A stretch of DNA of 54,338 nucleotides, taken from positions 1 to 54,338 of the forward strand of contig NW_014569433.1 of assembly GCF_000743755.1 (NCBI RefSeq). The letters are read 5' to 3'. The position numbers and the translations under genes were made by a program. Under the pieces are notes generated by a model. The model was not told where the DNA came from. It saw nothing but the letters and a program-made list of their open reading frames with translations, and searched no databases. The DNA is from Blastocystis sp. subtype 4. Its lineage: Eukaryota. Shown here piece after piece: positions 13,630 to 26,616 of this stretch (its first letter is position 1; the number at the start of each line of letters is the position of its first letter).

Positions 13630-15037
13630 ATGTCAGAGGACAACCGCATTGACCTTATTGTGTCCATCGCGGCTACTGTCATAGGAGGAATTGTTTCTAC
13701 CTATTTGACGAAAAAACTGTTGGATGCTCTTGACAATAATAAGAAAGTATTAGATGACTGATGGCTTATTATACTCAAGGAAGCAGATGCTGCAAAGAAA
13801 GCGTATGGAGATTGGCAAAAGAAGTTCGAGCAGCGAACTGGGCACCCATTGGATATTTCGAATTCAGTTACCGTTGGATAACTTTGTAACGCTCTAGTAT
13901 GAAGCAATCGTGATGCAAGATGTCATTGATCCTGATGACATCCACACAACCTTCGATGATATTGCTGGAATTGATGCTATCAAACAGGAATTGCAAGATA
14001 TGATCATTTTACCTCTAAGTCAGCCTCAACTGTTCGTCTCTCACTCCCTCTTTTCTTTACCAAAGGGTGTCCTTCTTTATGGTTCATTTCACTGAATGGT
14101 TTGATCTTTTAGGACCACCTGGAACTGGTAAAACCATGCTAGCAAAGGCTCTAGCAAAAGAATCAGGCATTCCCTTTATCAATCTTCAACTGTAGGGTTA
14201 TGAAACGTATCTTATGTAGATCTACTCTTATGAACATGTACTTTGGTGAGAGTCAGAAGTTGATTCGTGCACTTTTTGCTATGTGCCGGAAATTGGCTCC
14301 TTGTATTTTGTTTATTGATGAAGTTGATATCTTTTTGAGTTCCCGTAGTCATGGGGATCAAGAAGCGAATGCTCAAATGAAGTCTCAATTCCTGCAACTG
14401 TGGGATGGAATGCTATCGGAAGACGTTGAAAACAAATATGGAATTGTTGTAGTGGGAGCAACGTGAGACTAAGTAGTTGGAGTAAGAGGTAGAAATCGTC
14501 CTTGGGATATTGACAAAGCTTTTCTGCGAAGACTTCCTTGTACTTTCCTTGTAGATTTACCTGTGAGAATTCTAGCAATCTCTTAGTGTAGACGGAGAAA
14601 CAACGTGAGGCAATTCTTCGTATGATACTGAAAGATGAACATGTCCAAGATCCTTCCCTCATTCCAGAACTAGCTCGAATTACAGAATCCTATAGTGGAA
14701 GTGATTTGAAAGAGTTATGTAAAACAGCGTGTGTGTATCCAATTCGGGAGATGATAAACGAGAAACGGAAAGAAGGATATGCGTTGTGCGAGATTGATAT
14801 GAATTGTCCAGTGCGTCCTTTATGTGTAAGGAAGAGGAATGGGTTATTACATAGTTGCATGATTTTAAACGGGCTATGACACGTGTACAAGCTACTGGGA
14901 AAGCAGCATACAATTATAGTGTTAGCAGTTCAAGTACTGCTTTCATCGATGCCATTCTAAGTCATGGTCGGAATACTCCTTCTCGCAAAAATTCGACTTC
15001 AGAAGAGATTGAAGAGATCCGAGAAGAAGTTGATTGA
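13630..15037 (+). CDS. ATAD1: Msp1/ATAD1-type membrane-anchored AAA+ ATPase
   Basis: N-terminal [59 protein letters not shown]. Confidence 0.88.
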
Positions 15038-15121
15038 GTTGTTTGTTGAATCAATCCGAATATCACGGTTTTTTTCATCTTTCAGGGAGAATGGGTTCTC
15101 CGTTTCCCCAGTTTCGATAGG

Positions 15122-16814
15122 ATGAATTCGCAGATTCTGGCAGGGTATTTACGAATGAGTGATATCAACAAGTATTGATTGCTAATAAAGAAGGGTCTAA
15201 TCGTTATAGGAACAAGAAAAACTTGGACATTGAGGAGATGCTCGGATTAGACGTCCGCACGGATCGAATTGTGATGGGAGTTGCAGAGGGATGCACTCTC
15301 TCCTCAGTTCCATCTCTTTCAAAGGTAGAATGGAAGAAATACGCTGTGTAGCTAATGCGTTGATAAAATGATGAGTTTAGTGCTGGGCCTACTGATACGG
15401 CTCTTCTGAAAGAAGAAGATGTAGAGAGTATTGTGTTAGTTGAGACAGGAAGCGAGGATGTCACTGATGTGAGTGCTTGTGAATGGAATTGAGATTTCAG
15501 ATGAATCGTATTACATGCATTAACGCTCTTGCCACAGTTCTCATGAATGATACTCACAAGGTGGTTGTAGCTGAGGGTTTAACCATCTTGGACTCAATTC
15601 TTCATTTTGACACAAAGACCGCGGAGAAATTGATCCAGAAGGAAGCCATGGACAAGTTGTGCATCATTTTCGTGAATCTCTTAAATATCATCAACGCTAT
15701 TAATTCTCCCGAAGTGGAAGTGACCGAGGGGTATGAAAAGAAGGAAAGCCTTCGTTCTCTGATTATTCGCGAAGCTGCCTTTGTCAGTGGGTAGAAATGG
15801 TTGATTGGATTCAGAGTAGTATTTCTACTGCTTCAGAGGAGCTTCGTGCTGCTGTCGTGGATCTCTTTATGGAGACATTCAAAGATGTGAAGCAAGAGAC
15901 CGTGGACGAAGATGAGTGTCTTCTAATGATGGATGCTCTCTCAGTAGGTGATTGAATGGATTCGTCACATCCAGCTTCATCTCCGTTACAAGCCCAACAG
16001 AGTTGAGGACCTGCATAAGGGTGTTCTTGCTATGTATTTATGACGATTGGAATTAATGAGTAGCCTAAGCAAGGTATTTAATCTTTGCGTCACGAATGCT
16101 ACTCAGTTCATTTATCTGCTGTTGCTGAATATCTGGATGTTCTCATTTGTGACTGAGGCTCGTGCTACTTTCGACAAGAAGCATTATGGACTGATTGCCG
16201 AGATCACCCAGTCTCTCAATACATATAGCAGCGAGAAGATCATTCGTGTGATTGTATCGATCGTGGAGAATCTGTTGGGCGATGCAGCCCTTGTGGAAGA
16301 ATTACTCTCAGGAGGAGCCATTCGTAAGCTTAACCTCTTAAATCAGCGTATCTTTAAGGACAGCGACATTACAGAGACTCTTCGTGTGGTGTTGGAGAAA
16401 TTGAATGTTGATTACGATGTGTTGACTTCGTTCGATTTATATGTTAAAGAAGCTGATTCGGGTGAGTTGCGTGCTGGCCCTCGTCACACGGCCGAGTTCT
16501 GGGAGGAGAATATTCGTTCGTTTGAGTTGGACAACTTCAGAATTATTAAGCGTTTGGTCGAACTGGTGGGTAGTGAGGATGAAGAAACCGTATGTGTTGC
16601 TTGTAGTGATCTCGGCTATTTCGCTGCCTTCTATCCTAATGGAAAGAAGTGAGAGTAAATAATGAGTATAAGGAATAGGATTGTTGCGCAGTTCCATGGA
16701 AAAGAGAAGGTGATGACGCTTCTAGCTAGCGACAATAAGAAGATCGTGGATGCTGCTCTCTCCGCATGCTCGCGCTTAATGATTAACAAGTGGGAAGATC
16801 TGGAAACGAAGTAA
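15122..16814 (+). CDS. ATP6V1H: V-type proton ATPase subunit H
   Basis: QFIY...IWMFSF, EKIIRV, LTSFDLY..E..SGEL...P.H...FWEEN, VACSDLG.F...YPNGK. Confidence 0.92.
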
Positions 16815-16894
16815 CTGTTTTATTCCTGTTTGTTGGAATTGGGAGGATTTTTGGAGTTTTGGAAGACTTCACTCTTTCATTGAGTGGAGTCCAG

Positions 16895-17499
16895 ATGTCT
16901 GAAGAGGTCACCTATCTGGAGATACCGAAGGAACCAGAGATCGAAGGAATCACCTTCCACAAATACACTTCCCAGAGTGAGATTAATGAGTTCAAAAGAA
17001 TCAATGATCGTATGTTAAGTGAAGCATACTCTGTTTATACATATCATTACTTTGTTGATCAGAATCCTGATATCACATATTCTGTTGGTGATTCTATTGT
17101 ACAATGAAGTCTAGGCACGGAATGAAAATGGCGAAATGATTGGAATGTGTATTTGCAAAAAGGATATGCAGGGAAGGCGTCCTGTGGGCTATATAGGGAT
17201 GTTATCGGTGATTCCAGAGTACCGAGGACGAGGAATTGGTTTAATTCGTTATATGGGACTTATATGTAGCTAAGGCATTGGCCATTCGGTGTATTAATGC
17301 GATGATCCGACTACGGTTCAGTGAGTGTTATTTAGAAACAGAGATTGACAACATTGGAGCGCTAAATCTGTATGAAGGATTGGGCTTTCGACGAACCGAG
17401 TATCTGGTTAGGTACTATCAGAATGGAAACTCGGCTTATCGACTTCTTTTGCAACTGGAAGACGTTTACTTCCCAATGATTGATGAATATTGGACATAG
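16895..17499 (+). CDS. NAA30: N-alpha-acetyltransferase 30 (NatC catalytic subunit, Mak3)
   Basis: LSEAYSVYTYHYF, GYIGMLSV..EYRGRGI, LETEIDNIGALNLYEGLGF, RYYQNGNSAYRL. Confidence 0.92.
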
Positions 17500-17673
17500 T
17501 TCTTGTTTGTTGCAGATTACATAGACAGGATTGGTTTTGAACATTCTTCTTTTTCTGTTGATCAGTATTCTTTACCATCAGGATTGATTTGCAGCCATTA
17601 TTGAGTCTCTGGAGAAGGAATAGTGCGTGATCATCTCTTTAGTGAATAAAGAATCAGAATAGATATCAAAACC

Positions 17674-19744
17674 ATGTCAAATTCTCAGTCAGTACAACCT
17701 CCTACCATTGAACCCTCTCAGAACCAAGTTCATCAAGATGGCTTTACTCATGGAAATGGAGATAGTACTCAACGTTCTGGATGTGACAGCACTCCAGATA
17801 TGATGCAGTATCCTAGTTCTATGGCACGACAGAGTTTTACGATGTCTGGAAGCGGAAAAGAAGTATTTGAAAATGAAAATGATGATCGAGTAATTATAGA
17901 ATTTGGATCTTATTTAGGGAGAAGGAATGGGTAGTCGTCAAGGCATTTCTGTGGGTTCTATATGCAGTTTTGATGTATAGGATATCCTGTTCATGACAGG
18001 CGATGTTGTTGTTTGTGCTGTTTTGTTATTGTAGAGTCGATCTAGTTCTGAAGGTATTCCTCGATTGTCTTACTCAAGTCAGATCATGGGAGGGTTTTAA
18101 TGAATTGAATTCATCAAATGTAGTTCTTCAATGATATTTGGTCCTCAGATTCCGATCAGAGGATCATTGGATAATCTCTTTGCCGATCCCTATCAATCTG
18201 ATGGTCGTACTTCTTTCTCGCTGCGTACTCCTATGGTTTCTTCGTACACATCGCTCCCAGTCAATCAACCTCTCCAGTCAGTGGAAACTGGTTCAAGTCT
18301 TCGTGAGCAATCCTACAGTACAGATTGGGGGAGACCATCACTCAACCTCCCTCTCTTCACCTATGGAGAGAATTCGCTTCGTGAGAAACACGAGGGACAA
18401 GAATCAGAAGCACGTATTGAAGGTACTCCGGACCCTGCGTTCTTCAACCAGTTCATGCATGTTGGTTCGGTATTTTCACCACCACCAGAAGAAGGAGGCT
18501 TTTCAGAAGGGCGACGAAGTGGTTTATCTGCGAGTGATCCTGATAGTACAGTTAGGATATCATGATGATTGTAGTGAATGCACTGCGTTTTCCTCAGTCG
18601 ATTCCTCCAAGATACAGTGGATCTGAGATAGAGTTGAAGGCTCCTGGAGGAAAAAGTCCAATGGAGTGTAAGAACATGGAGAATCTGCCTCTGGAAACCA
18701 TCAAGAGACAGTTTGTAGATAAGGAAGTAGATGAGGATAAGAGGAAATTGAAGTATGACCTGGTAATATGATGAGAAATAGATTGGAGAGAAATCGAGAA
18801 TCAGCACGAATGAGTCGAAAGCGAAGGAGAGATCAACAAAGATTATTGGATAGTAAAGTAGAAGAATCATTGTTAGAATTGCGAATAGCACGAGAGAGAC
18901 ATCTTCAATTGATTGAACAAACACATCAGAGTGCTCTTGAACGTGCGATTCGATATTCTGTTTGTATAGAGAGGAAGGATCATTTTTAGTCGAGTTCAGA
19001 TTTGATATCATTATTATCACCTTCCAGTGTAGAGATACGAGAAGGATATGACTTCTTATGGAGAGAATTACGATCAGTAGCAAGTCCACGTTATAGTCGT
19101 TTCTTCTTCTGGTTAATGAGTCGAGTAAGGAATTGTATAGGTTGTCAGATAGGGTTCATTGTTCTTTACTCGATATACTGAGTGTATTGGAAAGGCTTCA
19201 GGAAGCAAAGCTTCTGATAAGGATTTGGTTGGAACTCCTCGTGACTTCTCGTATATGAAAGAAACAGATAGTGAAATATAGAGGTCCATTTTCATTTTGG
19301 CCACAATTTATTACGCATTTTGAGATGAAATCGGAACAGGAAGCGAAATTACGACAACTTTGTTTGAGCGAATATCAGAAGTTAAGTGGTGTTGTCAAAG
19401 GCACTGGTACAGATACTCCATCGCATTACATTGAACAATCCAACTTGTTGGAATAATTATGTTAGATGACTGATAGATTGGTGGATACATTGGATACGTT
19501 TACAAAGAAGACAAATGATTTAGCTACACAGTTGTATACTACGTTGACGCATGTTCTTGATACGAAGCAATTGACAACGTTGCTAGCATTTTTTGCTGAT
19601 GAGTCGAAATATGAGAATATTGTGTTAGATTCGATTCCAAGTCAACTTCTTGGAACGATCCCGACAAAAGGGTATTCTGAAGACCTTGTTCCGGGAATGA
19701 CCGAAGCGGAAAAGCTTATTGATCTACTACGTAGCGTTGAATGA
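17674..19744 (+). CDS. bZIP transcription factor (multi-exon)
   Basis: KRKLK|RLERNRESARMSRKRRR basic region followed by Leu heptads; S/P-rich N-terminal half. Confidence 0.8.
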
Positions 19745-19791
19745 ATAGTGTGTTGTTTTCAACAAAATATCCACTTAAAGAATCATTACCT

Positions 19792-21126
19792 CTAATCCGA
19801 TTTCTTTTTGCTTCCACCAATCTTATCGAAGGTAATTCCAAAGAATACCAAGAAAACACCTAACCACTACTCATCAATCCTACTCATCAATCCAAACCTG
19901 ATAGGGAGTGATCTCATTTCCCATAAAGATAACAGAAAGCAGAATACTGAAGAATTTACGGGTTGTAGTAATGGTAGAAAGAACAAGAGGAGGAAAATGA
20001 CGTACAGTATACAAAACGAACATTTGTCCAACAGAACTACAAATGCCAAAAAGAACAGCATACTATGGTAAAAGACTATCAAGTTCATGTACCCCTAAAC
20101 ATACTCGATTCTGAATCAAGAAGGTAAATCCAGGTTGTAATTCTTGCAAAAAGAGGGAAGCAATGAGTGAAACCACAACCCCATATACATTGAGCATTTG
20201 TTGCAATCGAAGCGAAGAAGGCTTATAACGAGGTACAACGATATCCTGTTGCATGCCACAAATACCGTCCATACAAAGAGATAGTACCAAAAGCAACAAA
20301 CCCAAATTGCTGTTTGATGCTGTACTCACCTTCTTCTTTCCAGACATTAACTGAAAGACAACAATTCCGATAGTAATAATGATGACACTAACATATTTCT
20401 TCCAAGAGTACTTCCGAGCTACATATCAGAACATGAGAAGATGGTACTTCCGAACAGAGTTCCAGCCAGCAGGACTGGAATCATTTTACATGACTTTGCA
20501 AGAACTTGCGTTGGGTATGTAACATGTTTAAGAGCGTTATTGGAGAAGATCATGGCAAGCGTATAGCAAACACCATAGATCCAGTAATCGGACAGTGTAT
20601 CGTTCCGAAAACGAATATCCTACGACTAAAGCAGGCAATTCTCCACTACTTCAAGATGCGACGTTGATGTGATATACCCTTTATCAAACATATTGAAAGA
20701 CAGCTTCACCGTTCCTGTATTGATATCAACATCGCTAATAGTACACTGTTCACTAGAATGAACTGACTTCCACACCATTACTCTTTTCCTTTAACATGGT
20801 AAATCACGGCTCTTCCAACGAGATCCTTCTTTGGAATCTGAAGACTAAATCGTTTCCGTTCCTGTCCAATAGCATACTGTCCTACGAGATGATGAAATAA
20901 CATAGCTCTTGCCTAAGACAGCAATGACATAATTGATTGTACACTGAATTAACAACAAGACTGATGTATACTGGAAGCTTGTTCCATCGGGGCTGACATA
21001 ACGGTATCTAAAAATAAAGAACCTGCAAGAAGCCTACATTTTCTCCTGTACCAGACCATAGGATAAATATACAATATAGATACCCGAAATCGATATCAAA
21101 AGTCGCTTGTAGTATTGAATGTCCAT
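19792..21126 (-). CDS. SLC35B1: SLC35B1-like nucleotide-sugar/ATP transporter (UAA family)
   Basis: [53 protein letters not shown]-terminal KKSD ER-retention-like end; includes a GC-AG intron at 20882-20912. Confidence 0.88.
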
Positions 21127-21239
21127 TGAAAATTCCTAGAAGTGACAGAAATGCGACTAATTGGGCGCCACAAATTGAAGATATTTTTTTAACCTCTTTG
21201 AACCAGCCATTTTGATAAGCATCATTCAAGAAAAGAAAC

Positions 21240-23468
21240 ATGTCAGGACAGTTAGGAAACTTTAGCATCGGCGGTGCACTTGATAATGCCACGCAGAACA
21301 GAGAAGAGACACGCCGTGAGGAGGGTGGTTATGATGATTCCAGACGATATAATAATGATGGTCGAGGCTATGGCCCACGTGACAATGGTTATGGATCACG
21401 CGATTATGGCCATCGCAATGATGACTATATGCGTCGTGATTACCCTCGTCGTAATGATGGATACAGTCATCGAGATGGGTATGGAAGTCGTGACTATCAG
21501 GGTCGCGACAATCGTCGTGACTACGGTCATCACGATTTTCCTCGCCGTAACTCTTATCGTCGTGACGATGATCGAGAGAGTTTGTATTCAAATTTGAATT
21601 CATGTTTAGACTATCGTCCCAGAGAGCCTCGTCTCACGCAAGCTGATCAGGATGATAACTGGAGACGTGGAGCTAATGCCTCCAGTACTCCTGTAGCTGA
21701 GTCAGAGTCAAGACGCTATGATGAACAAAGATCGTATAGCCATTATGGAAGAGACAGAAATGGAGGTAGTCGTTATAGTCGTGATGGTGGTCGTTTTGGC
21801 CGCGATAACCGTGATGGTGGTCGTTTTGGCCGCGATGATCGCGATGGTGGTCGCTTTGGTCGTGATGATCGCGATGGTGGTCGCTTTGGCCGTGATGGCC
21901 GTGATGGTGGTCGCTTTGGCCGTGATGATCGTCCCACGTACAGACAGTCAGAAGGAGAAGACTCAGGAGAGCCTCGTTCTCGTGATTTAGAGCGCCGTCC
22001 TTCGCAGGATATGCGACAGCGGGATTCTCAGATGGGTCGTACTGGAGTGAAGCCGTAGGATTAGTAGGAGAGTATGATAATAGAACGAAATTGTCGAATG
22101 ATAACGCTTACAGTGCATTGGCAGATGACGATGATGATGTGGATATCACTGTTGGTTCACTTTCAGATTCTAATGAGTAGACTCTCTCGTTGGAAGAATT
22201 GAAGAAGCGAGCTGCCGAAAAGACTCGTCGTGATGAAGAAGAGAAGAAGGCTGCATTGGAAGCACGTGATCAAGCTATCAAGAAGGCTAGCTCCATGCGT
22301 AGCTCTCAGACTGAACGCCAGACACCAAAGGAAGAGACAGTGGATCTCCAGTTACAATGGGAAGTAGACTTGCGTAGATATGATTGAGAAGAATGAGAGA
22401 TAGCTCCTAAGTATACAGACATGACGTTGGTTCAACTTTCGGATACTAAGCAAGCAACATTGTCAACTGCGCTGCGTCAACTGCTTACCAGCAAACAGAT
22501 CAATGAAATGGTCCGTTTCTTAGAAGATACGATGACAAATGATGTGAGTGTTAGAAGAGAGGGATGATACATAGCGTCCTACGATCCTTTATCGTCTCTT
22601 CTGCTCTTTGTTGCGTACGAACACTCGTGAGAATCGTCAGGTGTATCTTGTCGCTACTGCTTTGAAGAATGCCTCGACTGTAGTGACAAAGGATATGATT
22701 GAGGAAGCTCTCCAGAAGTGTTATTTGGATCCAAAGGCTGTAAGTGCCAATTTGAACAGTCTGGCTGATAATTTCCTGATTGTTGTAAAAGTGTTTGCCG
22801 AGAATGAGCTCATTTCGCATGTCCCTTCGTTCAAGAAAACGGAAGAGGAAGCTGATAATACCGTAGGCAAGAATATTGAGGTTGATGAGTAGAAGCACGC
22901 TGTGGAAGAGGTGAAGGAAGTTGTGAAGCAAGAAGAGAACGTGGAGAAATCTCTGAGTGAGAAGGCAAGAGCAGACTTTAAGGCATTGCTTGATCAGAAT
23001 CTGCTGAGCGAGGAACTGGGTGACAAGGTGATGGAAATGAATCTGGAGAAAGATCCCAGTAGGAATGAAAACTAAAAGTGATATACAGGGTATGTGGGTC
23101 TGCTTTTGGAGATAGTGGTTCCAGAAGACTTGACAATGATATTAAAGAACAAGAATGATATCTGGCGTTGTATCCTGTTCCGTATTCAGAATTATGGAGA
23201 TATGATATACAAATTTTATGATGGAGAACCATTGGATGTTCATGTTGCTATTCTGAATGAGGTTGTGGAGTTCTGGTTCAAGAAAGGAATGCCTCAGCAT
23301 TTCCTGGAAGCTTGCTTCTATTCACTGTTTGAGAACGAGTTGTTGTATGATGAGTCGTTGGAAGGATGGAAAGATCAGGGTCTAACAGCGGAATCATACA
23401 AGAAGGCCATTATCAAGCTTAGCAATACTGTATTCCAGATTCAGGAGATGATGGATGCCAGAGAATAA
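21240..23468 (+). CDS. RG/RD-rich low-complexity protein with C-terminal W2-like (eIF4G/eIF5/eIF2B-epsilon) domain
   Basis: N-terminal R/D/G/Y-rich region, QADQDDNWRR; C-terminal FYSLFENELLYDESLEGWK resembles W2 AA-boxes. Confidence 0.6.
21780..21932 (+). repeat. Coding minisatellite, 5 x 30 bp, encoding RDGGRFGRD(N/D/G)
   Basis: Unit CGYGATGGTGGTCGYTTTGGYCGYGATRRY repeated five times. Confidence 0.97.
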
Positions 23469-23490
23469 CTTACTTGTTATAGTACTTATG

Positions 23491-23506
23491 TGTTTGTAAA
23501 CAAACA
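23491..23506. terminator. Back-to-back poly(A) motifs TGTTTGTA/AACAAACA
   Basis: Between the convergent W2-domain gene and uridine phosphorylase. Confidence 0.75.
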
Positions 23507-23510
23507 ATTA

Positions 23511-24485
23511 AATGACCCTGTACTAATGAGGCAATCACTCTCCAACTATTCATCATGTACTCTTCCAGTTGTTCATGTGTTGAACTGACTTGATCGCCCT
23601 ATCAATCACTCCAAGTTCCAAAACTCCACTTTCATTCGATTCACAATCACTGCACATAGCACACCTGCTCGAACATGAGCTCGTTGAGCGAATGCCAAGA
23701 ACAGTAAAGCTTCCATTTCGATGTTTCGTACGCCTGCATCATATACTCTCTTCAGAAACTCGAATTTGTCCTCTTCCGTGTAATCACAGAAGAAACCATC
23801 GGTTCGACCCTGATCTTCATAAAACCCTTCTGCAGAAATCGTGTATCCGCACACATAAGGGAGACCTTGTTCAGAAGCAATCTTCTGCAGTTTCTCAACA
23901 AGAGAATTATCAGCAATTGAAGGGTACTGGATCTGTTTTCCAAGTGTAGATTGAGTATAGAACCGATTTAATTGAGGATCTCTACCTTCAGTTGTGATCG
24001 CAATAGTGCCAGGTTCCACTCCTATTCCACCACAAGTACCGCAGCGAAGGATTACACAAGATGACAATCGATCAGCATAGCTCAAAAGCTTGTAGATTTC
24101 ATGGAGGATGACACTTAGAGAAGCCGTCCCAATTCCATGACTAACACACAACACGGGTCCAACAAGATATCTAGATCGTGAAAGAGACAATTCCCCTTAC
24201 AGAGAGTATCGTTCTGTTTTTCCAATTGGCTTTTCATCAAATGGGATATTCATCTCTTTACTCAAGAATACAGCAAGATCTCTGGTACGATCTGGGCTTC
24301 CTTGCATAATCACGAACTACAACAGAACTCTGATAATCTATTCTTACACTAACATCTTGGAACATCTCTTTCAGATTCATTGACGTATCGAGACCAATGT
24401 GGTACAGATAGTTCGGAGTCAAGGATTCAGGCAACTAGGTTATTCAGGATATATCTGTCTCTAGGGATTTCAGATGAGGATTCAT
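23511..24485 (-). CDS. UPP1: Uridine phosphorylase (UPP1-type)
   Basis: NPHL...D|YLYHIGL, IMQGSPDR, SHGIG, GTCGGIG, FYEDQGRTDG, RNIEME, NRM..GDQV; first intron is AT-AC; stop predicted from poly(A). Confidence 0.92.
24411..24452 (-). other. U12-type AT-AC intron (42 nt) in UPP1
   Basis: ATATCCTG...TCCTTGAC TCCGAAC; removal joins ETD|YLYH and removes two in-frame stops. Confidence 0.92.
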
Positions 24486-24512
24486 ATCAATTGTTTAAAC
24501 AAAGAAATGACT

Positions 24513-25814
24513 CTACAGTTCCCCTTCGTTCGCTATCGATTGTTCTAGCAACGACATTACATTGTTCCACCGAATAATCACTTCCTCATTCTCATGCTTC
24601 TCATCAGCTACTTCAAGAATATGCAAAAGCGCATCTCCACGACTAAATAGAGTTACAATCACATTTGAATACGGTTCTGTGTTTAACAAGCCCGGGAGGA
24701 TGTTAACGGTGACATGAAGGAACCAACCACTGTTCCATACAAGGATATCATTTTTGCTTGACAAACATCTCCATAATCCGAGTGATGAAGGCTAGATCCA
24801 CAAAATCACTGTTGATGTATTCTGTAATCATCTTCAAGACCATGGTACTAACATCCTCCTGTTCGTCTTGCTGACACCAAATAAGGATATACGGAATAAG
24901 ATACGAGAGCAGTTCTAACCAAATCTCTCGATTGAAGAATGGATAACTCTGGAGGAACAATTTCTTTCCCTACAGCTTATGACTGCAAGAAGAAAGTACC
25001 TTGCGATTACTCATAACACGAATCAACCAGCGAGCTTTCACATCGACACTACCATCCTCCTTAACATCCAAATAGAATGCCTTTAAGTGATTCTTTTTGG
25101 CTTTCTGCTGTTCCTAGACTTTATCCTTATCCATCATCGCCACATGTTGGATAATAATCTTCTCAAATTCGTTTGTACACTCCATCAGCTTCTTTGATAA
25201 CAGTTCCATCTTCAGAATACTCGACCAACCCAACTACAGTCCTAACCCACTGATATTCGTACCTCAATCGAAGCAAGGACCTTCAGATATGCCTTCTCCA
25301 TACTCACATCGTCATCACGCATAATGATGCCCACATCCAACTGTTGCACTTGGGAACGACCTGTATGTGTCTCTGGAATACCTAAAGAGCTATTGGACTG
25401 AGCAAAGAGCTTCTTTTTGATCTGTTGGATAAGCTGTTTCTTAGCTAATGCTTCCTTTTCCTTGTATGAAATGAAGTTAACAACCCCCGCCCTCTTCAGC
25501 TCCTGAGGAGTTTGTTCTCGTTCTTTCATCTTCCTGTAGTAATACATCTCGACATAAGGATCTTTATCTGATGAAATTCTTAAAGAGGCATCATAGAGGC
25601 GTTTCACATCATAAGGCTTCATATAGACAGTTCCATTGAAATATACTAGAAATTGAGGAGTGTACTAGAACTAACTATGATGGAACTGATTCTGGAGTAG
25701 ATTATCACGCATTGCCCAATCTACATCCTCCCACTTGTGATGCTCACTTTCAACCGTTCCTCGTGGGAGTGTAGCACTCTTTTCTTCAGGTTCATTAATC
25801 TTTTCGCTCTCCAT
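24513..25814 (-). CDS. PAT1: Pat1/PATL1-like mRNA decapping activator
   Basis: MKPYDVKRL...DPYVEMYYY, SSLG, and K|GKKLFLQSYPFF resemble Pat1 mid and C-terminal motifs. Confidence 0.65.
24709..24748 (-). other. U12-type AT-AC intron (40 nt) in Pat1-like gene
   Basis: ATATCCTT...TTCCTTCAT GTCAC; joins the two ORF frames as QK-C-VNIL. A 37-nt GTTTGT...ACAG alternative also restores frame. Confidence 0.72.
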
Positions 25815-26014
25815 ACGTTTAAATAATCACTCTATCAATTTCTGTCATTTCAAGTGACAAAAATCCAGAGTTCAAGGAATAGGAATAATTAAGTAGATTT
25901 GGCCCCGACTATAGTAATTTTCTAAGGGATTTAGTACCGTATTCTCCTTTAGTGCCCCGATTACCGTTGACCAACTCTCGGTAAACACTTTTCTTTTTGT
26001 CGTCGTTATTTGAA

Positions 26015-26549
26015 ATGGAAACTGTTAAGGAGTATTGGACTAAGGTTGATAACTTCTTTGAGAGCGTAACCCCAAAGTGTGGTAGGTGTTTTTCTTGGGG
26101 GGCTTAGTTTTGTAGAGCAACTGAAAACTATTGAAAGTAAGATCCATGTTCCTATCCGCTATCTTCTTATGGCTGTTTGTGCCCTGCTGGTTCTTGTGTT
26201 CTATCTGTTCACCAGAAAGTGCGGCTTTTTCACATTCTGTGCTTTCTTCCCTGCCCTCTTTATGTGCATGAAGAGTATTGCTGAGAATAAGGGCGAAGAG
26301 AAGAAATGGGCTGCCTACTGGTGTGTGTTCTCTTTCTGCCAGCTTCTTCCTTCTTGCCTTGATAAGAACATGTACTACGTCCTTATTAAGTTTGCTGCTC
26401 TTGTCTATTTTGCCTTCTTCGATGACTGTACTCTTTTCATTCAGGCCTTTGAGGAGGGATACAAGTATATCACTACGGGACTTGAGTGGTATCAGACCAA
26501 GTACTGTAAGTGCGAGGGTGAGTGCACTACTGAGAAGAAGGAGGAATAA
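26015..26549 (+). CDS. REEP/Yop1/HVA22 (TB2/DP1) ER-shaping protein
   Basis: FFPALFMCMKSI, KKWAAYWCVFS, YYVLIKF; one intron near the 5' end. Confidence 0.8.
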
Positions 26550-26616
26550 GTCTCCCAGCAATGGAGTAAGTCTTGTGTTTATATTACTTGGATATTTGTT
26601 GTACAAACAATTGCAA

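Noticed and set aside
21780..21932. 30-bp direct repeats as a CRISPR array
   Set aside because: No spacers; in-frame coding repeat with mostly synonymous variation; eukaryotic context.
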